From: Macrostomum hystrix
Taxonomy: Eukaryota; Animalia; Platyhelminthes
DNA: 64,000 nucleotides
NCBI GenBank assembly: GCA_950097015.1
Contig: CATNEN010000003.1
Span: 2,542,001-2,606,000 of the forward strand
Reading direction: 5' to 3'
Shown here in pieces: positions 1 to 12,127 of the stretch. Position numbers and translations under genes: made by a program. The stretch's first letter is position 1. Each line of letters begins with the position of its first letter. The notes under the pieces are model-generated. The model worked only from the letters and a program-made list of their open reading frames with translations, was not told where the DNA came from and made no database searches.

Positions 1-351
1 TTCTTTCTTCACTTTGTTAGAAATTTAGTTCATGTCTAATTTAATTTAATTTTAATTTAATTTAAGTGTGCGGAACGTGATACTAGTATCTTATCACGTG
101 AATACAATACATTTAAAAAAACGTGCTCAACAAGTGCTCAAACAATCCAGATATTCAGACATGATTTGAGTCTTGCTGCTATCAGTTGACTTGTCTAGCT
201 TGCTGATTATCGGGGTCAGTCGGTGCCAAAAAAGTAGTTCTCACGCGATCGTTGCGTCTCAAGCCACCCCTTTAATAGGTGAGGGCTAAAATATATAATA
301 TGCCGTATGAAGGTCAAAGTACTGTCTGTGATGCTTTCGGCTTTCATAAAC

Positions 352-551
352 CATTCAGGGTGATGTCGTTGAAGAATTCAGGGTGATGTCGTTGAAGCAT
401 TCAGCGAGATGTCATTGAACCATTCAGGGTGATGTCGTTGAAGCATTCAGCGAGATGTCGTTGAAGCATTCAGGGTGATGTCGTTGAAGCATTCAGGGTG
501 ATGTCGTTGAAGGATTCAGGCAGCTGTCGTTGAAGCATTCAGGGTGATGTC
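352..551. repeat. 23-bp tandem minisatellite (cattcagggtgatgtcgttgaag)
   Basis: About 8-9 direct copies read directly from the sequence. Confidence 0.9.
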
Positions 552-1119
552 ATTAAATAAAGGCTCCAGCATTCTTGAAGTTTGGCAGTGCCATGTTGAA
601 TCCATAGTTGCTGAAGCCTCCACTGTTAAGTGCAACACGAGGCGCACAAAATGACATCCTGATAGTCGGAGAACCAAAGTTGTCGATATGGCCGTTAGCG
701 GCAGGACAAACTGAAAAAAATTTACAAATCAAGCTTACAAAACAACCACTGCTACTAAACGAAGCAATTTTATTGCTTAAAGGCAGAATTTGGTCCTGTG
801 TTGTAAAATAGGATTTTCCTGCCGTTGGGAGAGAAACGTGCAGCTTCAGCTTCATCGGATCGTTCAGTGAGACACAGCTTTCATTGCGCAGACACAGATT
901 AGCTGCATTCATTGCGAGCATTGAAATTCGGCAAAAATCTAATTTGTGGATTCGTGGAAGGCTGTTGTATCAAAACGAAATTTAATTATTTTTATTTAGG
1001 TAAAGCAAAGCTCAATATTATGGATCCGTACCACTTGTTCTTAAACTTACGTGCAACCCGGTAGCTCCTCTAATTTGATCAGGAGATATAATCCTGGGAT
1101 TTTAAAAGCCAAGGCTTAG

Positions 1120-1865
1120 GAAGATGGTGTCCACGGACAGTCAAGACTCAAGAAGATGCTGTCCTTGCATGGACAGCCATCCTTGGACAGGACTCAGGAA
1201 CATGGTGTCTTTCGACATTCAATACTCAGGAGATGGTTCCTTGGACAGTTACGACTAAAGTAGATAGTGTCCTTGGACAGCCAAGAATCAGGACAATGAA
1301 GTCCTTGGACAGTCAATACTCAGGTAGATAGTGTCCTTATACAGTCAATACTCAGGTAGATAGTATCCTTGGACAGCTAAGACTCAGTTAAATAGTGTCG
1401 TTGGATAGTTAAGACTCAGGTAGATGGTGTCCTTGGACAGCTAAGACTCAGGTAGATAGTGTCCTTGTACAGCTAAGACTCAGGTAGATAGTGTCCTTGG
1501 ACAGCTAAGACTCAGGTAGATAGTGTCCTTGGACAGCTAAGACTCAGGTAGATAGTGTCCTTGGACAGCTAAGACTCAGGTAGATAGTGTCCTTGGACAG
1601 CTAAGACTCAGGTAGATAGTGTCCTTGGACAGCTAAGACTCAGGTAGATAGTGTCCTTGGACAGCTAAGACTCAGGTAGATAGTGTCCTTGGACAGCTAA
1701 GACTCAGGTAGATAGTGTCCTTGGACAGCTAAGACTCAGGTAGATAGTGTCCTTGGACAGCTAAGACTCAGGTAGATAGTGTTTTTGGACAGTCAATACT
1801 CAGGTAGATAGTGTCCTTGGAAAGTTTAGACTCAGTTAGACAGTGTCCTTGGACAGCTAAGAATC
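1120..1865. repeat. 32-bp tandem minisatellite (ccttggacagctaagactcaggtagatagtgt)
   Basis: Near-perfect central copies at about 1430-1780, degenerate at both edges. Confidence 0.95.
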
Positions 1866-2341
1866 GGGAAGAACCTTTTTTAATAGAAAACTGCAATAAT
1901 TCAAAATACAATTGCTTCAATTGCATATTTATTTACATGCATAGAAACGTAATTGGCATCCGTGTCTGTCTCGTCAACCCAGCAGCTACGACCTCTACCT
2001 AGACTACTAAAATATTTTCACACGGCCTTCTTACGATCTACTAGCTATCTGATTGTAAAATTCCGCATTTCCGCTATGGGCACCCGTATTCAGCTTATCA
2101 AGGTGTATTTGTATCTGCCCTACTCAAAGTGAATGCTCACCTGGATTAACATTAGACAGTATAAGCAAAGATAAGGCATAAAATGGTGTTGTTTCCTAAA
2201 ACTGTTATCTGATATGTCTGAAATCCAGGTACTCCTAAATTGTCTATAAGAGCAGTTTATCTCACGCGTCAGGGTCCCAAGCCTAGACCAAGGTGACTAC
2301 AAGACTTAAGGAAAACGGATTCTCTCTGGCCAAGCGCAGGC

Positions 2342-3727
2342 ATGAAGCTCACTGCAGCAATGATCGCTGCTGTTATTCTGGTTTTGGTTGGCACTGCGAC
2401 TGCCCGCAGTTCGAGTACTTCTATTTCTAAGCCGAGACTCATTTTTGAAAGAGTTTGCGATCCGCTCAGCTACAATGGACTCTACCTGAAGCATCAACTG
2501 TCGCTGCCTCTTCGAATCGACCGTTACGCAGCCAATTTTCAGTTGCTGGCAATTCAAGCCGTGACTGACATAGCTTTTCTTAACTCAATCCAAGAATCCA
2601 AGATTCAAGTCATGGTGCAGCTGTTGAGACAGCCAGGACGGGCGGACCTGATCTTCCTGTGCCCGACCTTCTCCCGCTGTCAGCAGCTCAAGGAGGCCAT
2701 CGAGAGCAATCCGGAGGCTGTCTGGCGCTCCGTCCAGTTCTCCATGACTGGCAGGATCGGCAGCCAGAAGGTTTTGTTCGAAGCTCTCCGTACCGAAAAC
2801 CTGCCATCGTTCGTGTGTGACCCGAGCAGGTGGGTCGTGTTCCAGAGACGGTTGGACGGCAACCTGTCGTTCGCGCAGAACTGGGACGCCTACGTCAACG
2901 GTTTCGGCAGCCCGGACTCCAACTATTGGATGGGTGAGAAATTTCTTTGATTCCATCCTTCTTAGAGTCATGTTAAAACTTTGTACTTTTATCTTGGATA
3001 GTTAAGAAAATTCTACTATAATTTAAGGCCATCAAAAGACTGGTTGTAGTTGTAGCAGTCACAGACTGTCTATGGTAACATCTAACATAGATAACATCTA
3101 ACTAGCGATACAGTTTTTTATTTTTTAATTGAACGCATTGAAAAAGCCACATTATATTGCCTATGTAAGCACGTTAAAAAGGGTATGTAGGGTATGAAAG
3201 GGTATAGAAATTTAAAACAGACTTGTCATCAGCTCGATTAATGGTTCACCCAGGAACCTTAATCAACACACATTCTAGGTCTAGATCGGCTGTTTCGAGC
3301 AACAGCTACTGGCGCAAAGTCTAACTACCCAGAAACCTCCAGATGCCGACTACGGGTCGAGCTGCAAGACTTCAGCGGCAGGAACTACTGGGGCGAGTAC
3401 GGCATGTTCCAGGTACTGGATCCGGGACAGAACTACCGCCTGAGACTCGGCAAAGTGGTTGCTGGCTCACAGCTCCAAAATTTCGTGGAAACCCACTCGG
3501 AGAAGCAATTTAGTACATTCGACCGCGACAACGATGAAAATAGCGGGTCCTGCTCTCAGTTTTTTGGCTACGGTGGATGGTGGTACAGTAGTTGTCACAC
3601 AGTCAACCTGAACGGTGCCTATCTTACTGATATGAGCATCACAGAGAGCCCAATCTATGCTTCCTTCAATTCAGGTGGCAAATTACATATCGTGGTAAAG
3701 AAATCGATAATGAGCTACAAATGCTGA
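2342..3727 (+). CDS. Secreted fibrinogen-related domain (FReD) protein, paralogue 1; exons 2342-2933 and 3279-3727
   Basis: Hydrophobic signal peptide MKLTAAMIAAVILVLVG. FReD motifs WVVFQRRLDG, NWDAYVNGFG, YWMG|LDRL, FSTFDRDND and GGWWYSSCHTVNLNG. Phase-1 intron 2934-3278 (gtgaga...ctag) restores the frame. Confidence 0.9.
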
Positions 3728-4342
3728 CTTATAGTTGACTAGCTGAATATGTTAGTCTATATGCCAGGATATTTTTACCAACTATTTCAGCTCAAAGAAC
3801 CATAGAGCAATGTCACCTGCCAAAATATAGCTGCATATTGTGACGCGTAATTACAAAACGCTACAGCGCAGCAACATTGAAATTCGTGTCTAATTTGGGT
3901 TTTTTATTTGTAAAGTGTTGATTGAAAAGGAAAATGAAAACAAACAAACAAAAGGATATATTAAGGACATGCAAGGACAATGCCTATCTATAGTAGTCCC
4001 TAGCTGAAGGTTAACAGTAAAATTACCACGCAATTTTTTCCGCTTGGTATTTCAAAAGCCGACTGCTTTACTTCACGATAGCTCCCAAACCGAATGACCG
4101 ATTTTCGTGAAATTCCACTATATAGGTCCACATTTTCCTGAACAAGCTTTCTAATCCGTCCTACATGAGCATTGTTGAGATATTCAGTGATTCTTGTTGA
4201 AGACCCTGTTGACACGGACAACTAACACTGCCCTGTATTAACCTCTGTGGCCAATCCAGATGGATTTATTAATATAATAATTCCACAATATAACCAATAC
4301 AATATAGCAACAATGATAGCCAATATACGATATATATATATA

Positions 4343-4966
4343 TACTCAGCAACAGCTAAACCCCCCCCAACTCACGCTGTCACACGGGCACAAAAGTTAA
4401 GCAATGTCTTTAATTCTAGTCTCAGTATCGTATGTAGGAACCACGAGCATGCAAAAGTGCCGTGACTCGTCGTGGCATCCTGATCACCAGCCGGTTGATG
4501 AACTCTTGGGGCAGCTGCTGCCAGGCATTCAGCACCGCCAGTCGCAACTGTTCAGCATTCTGTGGGGCATCCCGCTGAACTCTTCGCTTTACAAAGTCCC
4601 AGACATGCTCGATGGGGTTCATGTCTGGAGACTTTGACGGCCAGTTCAATGTGCGAATGCCGAGCTGCTCCTTCAGCAGCTGCACGTGTGCTGCTCGATG
4701 TGGCGCAGCGTTGTCTTCTTGAAGCATGCAGTTCTGCGGGCCGCCATAGGTTGTCGTAGCAAATGGCAGAAACTGCTGTTGAGTTGAGTTGAGTTGAGTT
4801 GACTTGAGTTTAGTTGCGCCACCCCCTCCCCAAATCCCCCATGCCGCACTTTGCGCTCGCGTCTGGCGGCGGCAGCCTTCACACATTTCTGAGTCACCGA
4901 TGGCATACAAAACTTTTGGGCCGTGTGACAGCGTGAGTTGGGGGGGGGGTTAGCTGTTGCTGAGTA
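4343..4966 (-). mobile_element. Internally deleted Tc1/mariner (DD34E) DNA transposon with about 55-bp TIRs
   Basis: TIR tactcagcaacagctaa(c)naactcacgctgtcacacgg..caaaagtt at 4343, reverse complement ending at 4966, flanked by TA. ORF 4422-4910(-) carries the C-terminal transposase region QEDNAAPH...WPSKSPDMNPIEHVW with 34 residues between D and E. The N-terminus and first D are missing. Confidence 0.92.
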
Positions 4967-5535
4967 TATACAGCTGCTAGTGGAAAAGGTTTCATTCCAT
5001 TTTCATGCCTCATTAAGTACAATTATTATCGCCTTGAAGACTCTAGTTAGTAATACCTTAAAAAGTATAGTTTGTAGCCAAAAATTCAAACAAAACAAAT
5101 TATGAAAAACAGACTTACAGAGAAAGTAAATAACACTTGAGGTCGCTGTAGCATTGGCATTGAGACAGATTGAGACCGATGTACATTGAGCAAAGAATAA
5201 TAAAATGGTGGAGGCCATTGCACCAGACAGTAGGGGTTGGCGCTAAAGGGCCGGTAAAAATCGATAATTGGCTGTTCAGGGCTGGCTGGCTTATCTGATT
5301 GCTAAATAATTACGTAATTAAGTAATTCATCAGCGGCTAATGGAAGCGATGGTTGAGGTGGTGGGCAAAAATGATTCACATAGCCCATGATTAAGCGATT
5401 TTCACCTCTGTTTTCGGTGATGTCGTCATGTGCTCTTTGCTCAAATACACAGATATTTCATATATATATATAGCTCACCCAAGCGCAAACATGTTCGTTC
5501 AATTTTTCAATTTAATAAAAAGCACAGATTTGACA

Positions 5536-7181
5536 ATGCTGCTTGCAATCGCTGTACTGGTAACGGGAACTCTTAGCTGCATAAATGCTGATGACGTTGT
5601 TACGTGGAAAAATGACACCAACACGGCATCGACTAATGAAATTCCAGCAGCTGTTGAGTTAAAGATCTTATTTGAGAATGTTTGCGACCCTCTCAGCTAC
5701 AATGAACTCTACCTGAAGCATCAACTGTCGCTGCCTCTGCGAATTGAACTGCAAGAATCTTCTTCGGAGTTTCAGCTGCTGGCAGCGTTTGCCATGATCG
5801 ACGACGCCTTACTCAGCCCGGACTCGTTTGTCCAAGTCATGGTGCAGCTGTTGAGACAGCCAGGACGGGCGGACCTGATCTTCCTGTGCCCGACCTTCTC
5901 CCGCTGTCAGCAGCTCAAGGAGGCCATCGAGAGCAATCCGGAGGCTGTCTGGCGCTCCGTCCAGTTCTCGGTGTCTGGCAGGATCGGAGGCCAGACGGCC
6001 CTAGTCGAAGCTCTCCGTACCGAAAACCTGCCATCGTTCGTGTGTGACCCGAGCAGGTGGGTCGTGTTTCAGAGACGGTTGGACGGCAACCTGTCCTTCG
6101 CGCAGAACTGGGACGCCTACGTCAACGGTTTCGGCAGCCCGGACTCCAACTATTGGATGGGTGAGCTATTTAGCAAGTTTTAGTCTTTGTCCTGACGGAA
6201 ACCAAGATTTAACTACAAGAGTTTGTTAAACCAATTGTCACAACTGTAAAATAAGGGGCTGGTTTAAAAGTGCACTTAAGAGCTTACCTCATTCAGCTGG
6301 TTGTCACGTATCGCTCCAAGTCACATTTCTATCGTACAACCCGCTTCATGCACCCACCCCTCCGTGGTCGCTTATGTACATGTGTTAGATGGCAATGGCT
6401 GTTGTCCGTTCCTTGGTTTTAATGGTCAGTTGTAAAAGTGCAATATTTTCAAAAATTAAACTAATTATGGGGCAAGTGGCGGAGTGGTCTAACGCCTTGT
6501 GTCTCACACCAAGGTCCCTGAGCTCGATTACGCGGGGAGGCCACATTTATTTGGGGCGCAGCCGCAGAGAGAGAGAAGGCTTGGGAGCTTGACGTTCAAA
6601 TTTTCTAACATGAAAGCGCCAAGGGTATTTGAATTACCCCTGTTTGTCCAGGGTGGAAACAGCGTTGTCTTTCTACTGCTCATGTTATTATAACTAACAA
6701 ACTCGCAATGAAATCTGCACAAATTTCAGGTCTTGACAGGCTGTTCAAGGCCACCGCTACTGGATCGAAGAGCGACTACCCTGACACCTCGCGTTGCCGA
6801 CTGCGCATCGAGCTGCAGGACTTCAGCAGCAGGAGCTTCTGGGGCGAGTACAGGATGTTCCAGGTGCTGGATCCCGTGCAGAACTACCAGCTGCGGGTTG
6901 GCCATGAGTTGCCGGGGTCCCAGCTAGAGAAATTCGTCGAGACTCACTCCGAGATGCCGTTCAGCACATTCGACCGAGACAATGACAAGCGCATCGGCGA
7001 GTCCTGCGCGCAGATGTTCGGCTACGGCGGATGGTGGTACAGAGCCTGTCACACCGTCAGCCTGAATGGAGCCTACCTTACCAACCAGAGCATTGCCGAC
7101 AGCCCGGCCTACGCTTCGTTTGTCTTCACAGGCGTCTATACACCTGTGAGAAGCTCGGTGATGAAGTTCAGGTGCGGCTGA
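5536..7181 (+). CDS. Secreted fibrinogen-related domain (FReD) protein, paralogue 2; exons 5536-6160 and 6730-7181
   Basis: Signal-like MLLAIAVLVTGTLSC (upstream in-frame ATGs at 5428 and 5491 are possible). Same FReD motifs and same phase-1 intron position (6161-6729, gtgagc...tcag) as paralogue 1. Confidence 0.88.
6469..6597 (+). mobile_element. tRNA-derived SINE (family B), 5' part, in the FReD2 intron
   Basis: ggggcaagtggcggagtggtctaacgcc (A box) ... gctcgattac (B box-like), then ggccacatt...ggggcgcagccgc...agaaggcttggg, which is shared with the copy at 31.3 kb. Confidence 0.7.
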
Positions 7182-7390
7182 GACAATCCGTGCAGTCGTG
7201 GATTAAAAACTATAGGCTGATTGAAAAATATCACTTTTATTCCCAAAATCTGATAAATAAATATAAAAAATAATCGACTGTTTGATAGATAGGGTTACAT
7301 GAAATTTCGACTTTTTTCTTTGTTTTTCGTCTTTTATAAAGTACAATAGTATATTTTATATAATTTTTTTGTTTTTTCTGGTGTTTTCTA

Positions 7391-7626
7391 TAATAATAAT
7401 TAATAATTTTATAATTGATTACACCTGCCCCAATCGGGTCAGACGTGCAGCCGACAGCACTGACAGCATCTGAAGGCTGCGTACAGCTGTTCAGTCCATG
7501 GACTGGGGGGACGCCACACCCACCTTCAATTATCCGATAAAGGACACAAATGGTTCCAGTCGAGTCGGAATCGAACAACCGACCTTCAAGTTGTGAGTCC
7601 GACGCCCTAACCACTAGGCTACAACC
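7391..7626 (-). mobile_element. tRNA-derived SINE (family A)
   Basis: Minus strand begins ggttgtagcctagtggttagggcgtcggactcacaacttgaaggtcggttgttcgattcc (A/B boxes). Body carries agtccatggact and ccttcagatgc, followed by an (ATT)n tail. Homologous segments recur six more times in the window. Confidence 0.82.
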
Positions 7627-8204
7627 TTTCTATAAGTAGTACTTAAAGTAGTTACAAGTAGTACATGTAACATTTTTTCTGTGGATTAAAGTCACGAAAG
7701 AAGGCTTATTTAAAGATTTTTATCTAAGAGGAAATGTGAAAAAATAGGTCGTAGTCTATCGAGGAAAAAAATCAAGATAAGGAAACGAACATTTTAAAAT
7801 TATTTTATTACACATTTTAATGCTTCAATTATGATTATTTTTATCGGGTCAACTGGACACACGCTAAAATATTACTACATTAAAATTCTTTTAAAAAATT
7901 ATGAATTGACATCTCGGTTCTGAAAATCACTCTTATACATCTGTACTAGGTCCAAGAACTAATTAACTTTTAATGCCCAGGATAAAAATATCTAGGCTTT
8001 TGGTACACGACATGTTTCGAAACGAACCATTTTATAGAAGAGTTTACGCAAAATTTCTAACTTGCAGATGCTTATTTAAGCTAGATGTTTACTTCAATTT
8101 ATTTATTTTATTAAACTCAAGTTTTATTCGCTTGTCTTTCATTCCAATCAAACGAACGGGGATTTTGGCTATTTACTATTCTAAAGACTAAAGATTCGTA
8201 ATTC

Positions 8205-9168
8205 CAGTGACTTGGGATTACGGTAAATTGGGATTCTAGTGAAATGGGATTCTAGTGACTTGGGATTCTAGTGAATTGGGATTAAAGTAACTTGGGATTC
8301 TAGTGAATCGGGATTCTAGTGAATTGGGATTCTAGTGAATCGGGATTCTAGTGAATTGGGATTCTAGTGAATCGGGATTCTAGTGAATTGGGATTCTAGT
8401 GAATCGGGATTCTAGTGAATTGGGATTCTAGTGAATTGGGATTCTAGTGACTTGGGATTCTAGTAAATTGGGATTCTAGTGACTTGGGATTCTAGTGAAT
8501 TGGGATTAAAGTAACTTGGGATTCTAGTGAATTGGGATTCTAGTGAATCGGGATTCTAGTGAATTGGGATTCTAGTTAATTGGGATTCTAGTGAATCGGG
8601 ATTCTAGTGAATTGGGATTCTAGTGAATTGGGATTCTAGTAAATCGGGATTCTAGTGAATCGGGATTATAGTGAATTGGGATTCTAGTGAATCGGTATTC
8701 TAGTGAATCGGGATTCTAGTGAATCGGGATTCTAGTGAATCGGGATTCTAGTGAATTGGGATTCTAGTGAATCGGGATTCTAGTGAATTGGGATTCTAGT
8801 GAATTGGGATTCTAGTGACTTGGGATTATTTTGAATTGGGATTCTAGTGAATTGGGATTCTAGTGAATTGGGATTAAAGTGAATTGGGATTCTAGTGAAT
8901 TGGGATTCTAGTGAATCGGGATTCTAGTGAATCGGGATTCTAGTGAATCGGGATTCTAGTGAATTGGGATTCTAGTGAATTGGGATTCTAGTGACTTGGG
9001 ATTCTAGTGAATTGGGATTAAAGTGACTTGGGATTATTTTGAATTGGGATTCTAGTGAATTGGGATTCTAGTGAATTGGGATTCTAGTGAATCGGGATTC
9101 TAGTGAATTGGGATTCTAGTGAATCGGGATTCTAGTGAATTGGGATTCTAGGGAATTGTGATGCTAGT
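8205..9168. repeat. 16-bp tandem minisatellite (gggattctagtgaat[t/c])
   Basis: About 60 direct copies. Confidence 0.95.
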
Positions 9169-10237
9169 TTATAATATACGGGAACTTTTAGTTTTTGGAG
9201 TTCTGATTATAATTAAATAGGGGTTTTAAGCGAAATTCTGAATCACAATGCAACCCTATGCAACTGCATTGAATTATCGCTACCCATTTCAACTAAGAGC
9301 CATGAACCCTCCCACGGTCGTAGAACATGATTGCGTGGTCGATCCCGGATGAACAGCTACATAGCTGAAGCTTTTTGGGAGAATTTAGAAACAATACACA
9401 GCTAGTTGATTGTTGTATTGGGATAATCTATGCACACATGTACAACTGCTGCCTCTTACAGCCTCCCACACAATCCCAATAGCTATTCCAGCTCAAACAA
9501 CAGGAATGACGCATACGGCAATAGAACTTAGCTAATGAATTACTGATGAGCATAGACTCAATCTACCCTTGAGCTGAGTAGGTCTACATCTATATGGAGA
9601 AGGATGCACGTAGAGGAGAAAACCAGTTTGATCCCACTAGCTCGTATGATGATCTCAAATGATGCCAATATAAATTATAATAAGTTAAAACTCACACAGA
9701 GTAATCCAATTTATAATAATCGATTCGATCTTGTTCTAATCAATGTCCGATATCTAATCGGCAAAGCTGTTCTACTGAGAATTAAAAAAGTTTAAGAAAC
9801 ATTCTCAGATTCGTCTAATGTCCATTGTCCAGAACCTCGTTAATCTTTCATCAGCATCCGCCAAGATACTTCTTAACCAGACTTAAATCCCCGACCCAAG
9901 AGATACTGTCACTCCTTCCAAAATAATGCCGTGACTCATTCACAATGGCCACGCCGGATGAAACTAGTGCCACTGTGCCTGCTGTAATGCTTTCATGTAG
10001 AAAAATACGAGTAAAATTTTAATATTATCCAGTAATAATACGCCTCTCCAAACCAAAAAACAAAATGCGTCCATCTTGAAATGCCAAACTTATTACCTGA
10101 ACAAATTAATACATATTTTTCAATGTCATATTGTATCATTGTACCATAAAATAAACCGTTCATAATCATTTATGACATAGCTTGTATAATACTTTACTAA
10201 TCCTTAAATACACACCTTAACCCGTACGTAATCCTAC

Positions 10238-10405
10238 AGGTTCGATTCCCGACTTTACTGATAAAATGTGTGTCTTTTAGAAGAAACTTTAACTCTGCAT
10301 TTAACTTTCAGTTCGCCGAATTTTTAAATGGGTACCAGCACTATAGCTGGGGTAATTGAGGGTGGGTGTAGCGCCCCAGTCCATGGACTGAACAGCCATA
10401 CGAGC
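10238..10405 (+). mobile_element. SINE family A fragment
   Basis: ggttcgattcc B box, then aaatgggtacc, aattgagggtgggtgt and agtccatggactgaacag, all shared with the other copies. Confidence 0.75.
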
Positions 10406-12127
10406 AATAGCCGTGGATTATTTTTTAATTACTTTTTTAATTCCTAATATACGTAATCTACTGCTCCATCTCACACATTGTCTAATCCTTATTCGTACAA
10501 TATTTTTACTCCTTCGTCTCGAGCAGGACACAGCAGGTAAGGCAGTGAGTGGTCTCATTGATCTCTCTGCTCACTGGTAAGCGCTGCAATCAACTCTCCG
10601 AAGCCTTGGTTGTGTCGAGTTTTAACAAAAGCCAATTGCTTTCCAAACCCACGCCACCCACGCAGCAAATCGTATTTGCCTCGCACCTGTACAGCCATGA
10701 TTGTGCTTTAGCTGATAATTGAAAACACGCTATAAAAATCGGAGTCGAACTTGCATTGAAAGAAAATTGATTCTCAAATTTATTGAGTCACTGTTCCGTG
10801 AAGCATCCCTAAACACAATGAGCGTGTTATGGTTCAATGAAGAATATAAACACAACAGCATGCAATGAGAAATCTTGTTGGGAGGATCAGGGAGGAGGTG
10901 TCGCTCTAGCCTAGACTCGTGACCCTGTTGGCTCGAATTTGTGTCTAGTGACAACGCGCACGAATTCAAACCGCCAGGACCCCGGTGTCGGAGGCAATCG
11001 GTTTTTGCTTGGTGATGAGGTCCTGACTGAAATCATTTCTGTATTTATAGGCCCTTCGAATTGGATGGATTAAGATTAAGGATTGAAAATTGACGATTCT
11101 TTTGAGTCCCTACCTTTGACGCCCACAAGCGTCTCTGCTGTTATTGCACCTGTGAGGTGTCGGCCTGTGCTTTAAAGGGGAAGAAATAAAGAAATCAGGC
11201 AATTTTTCATTTCTTTAAGCCTTACCTTCGTATTTAAAAGCGAAACACGCCGATACAGCCTAGTCTCTCCTTTGTTAGACTGCAATTTCAAAATCGTTTT
11301 CTTTCTGTTACAAGACATATTAGTTTTTTTCGCTCAACTTATATAGACCTGGTAATGTAGTGAGTTGATCACCAACCCCATCCTCCTGCCTTACCTAAGG
11401 GACGTAAGGTTATGAGCCGTGCGTGTGAGTCGATATATAGTGTCACAATAATTGGTGCCCGCAATTGTGCTTTGGTCAGTTTGTGGGAGAGAGAGCTAGT
11501 AGCATGTCGTGTTTGGGGAGTTGTAAAATTTATTGTTGCCAAGACTTTAGACTTAACGTACCTATAGCTTCCGTTCTCACTCAGTGAGCCGGGATGCCGT
11601 TTCTTTGGCTTTGGAAAGAAAAAAAAACAAAGCAAAACTAATTTGGCACCGCTTGAGCTAACTCAAATATTTTATATTCTCAATTCTCATACCGCCCGGC
11701 ACCCATTACCCAATGCTCAATTGAGCACGGTCTAACATAAGCCAAAAACACATTCTGGCCACTTTATAACGTCTGGGAGATCGTGTTGGCCGATTTCGCA
11801 TTGTAAAAGCTAAATTGAAACAAAAAATTGGGAAAGCATTATATCGCTTTTCTCTGGTCTTAGAAAGCTAGAATTGCGTGATATATATAGTCAACGAATT
11901 CGCAGTTCCCATACATTTTACGTCAGTCATTTTTATTTAGTATGCGAGTCAGAAGGTGATGGCTAAATTCGATTTTTTGTTGCTATGGCAATTTCAGAAT
12001 TAGTTTCATTGCTTAATTTTAGTTGCTTTACAGAACATCTAGAAGTGTATTTTCGTTTTTTGGTAATTGCAAATTTGTAATTTAATTTCACTGGTATATA
12101 ATACAATTATTACCCCTGACCAAGTTA

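Noticed and set aside
553-921. 122-aa minus-strand ORF with an acceptor-like tttttttcag at 711-720
   Set aside because: No recognisable motif or partner exon, so it cannot be supported without RNA data.
1998-4002. gactacta / tagtagtc inverted motif flanking FReD1, similar to the MITE terminus
   Set aside because: Only 8 bp with no target-site duplication, so compatible with chance.
6469-6545. Possible tRNA genes here and at 7.6, 18.6, 33.9 and 54.3 kb
   Set aside because: Cloverleaf stems are imperfect and each continues into a shared repeat body, so they are SINE heads.
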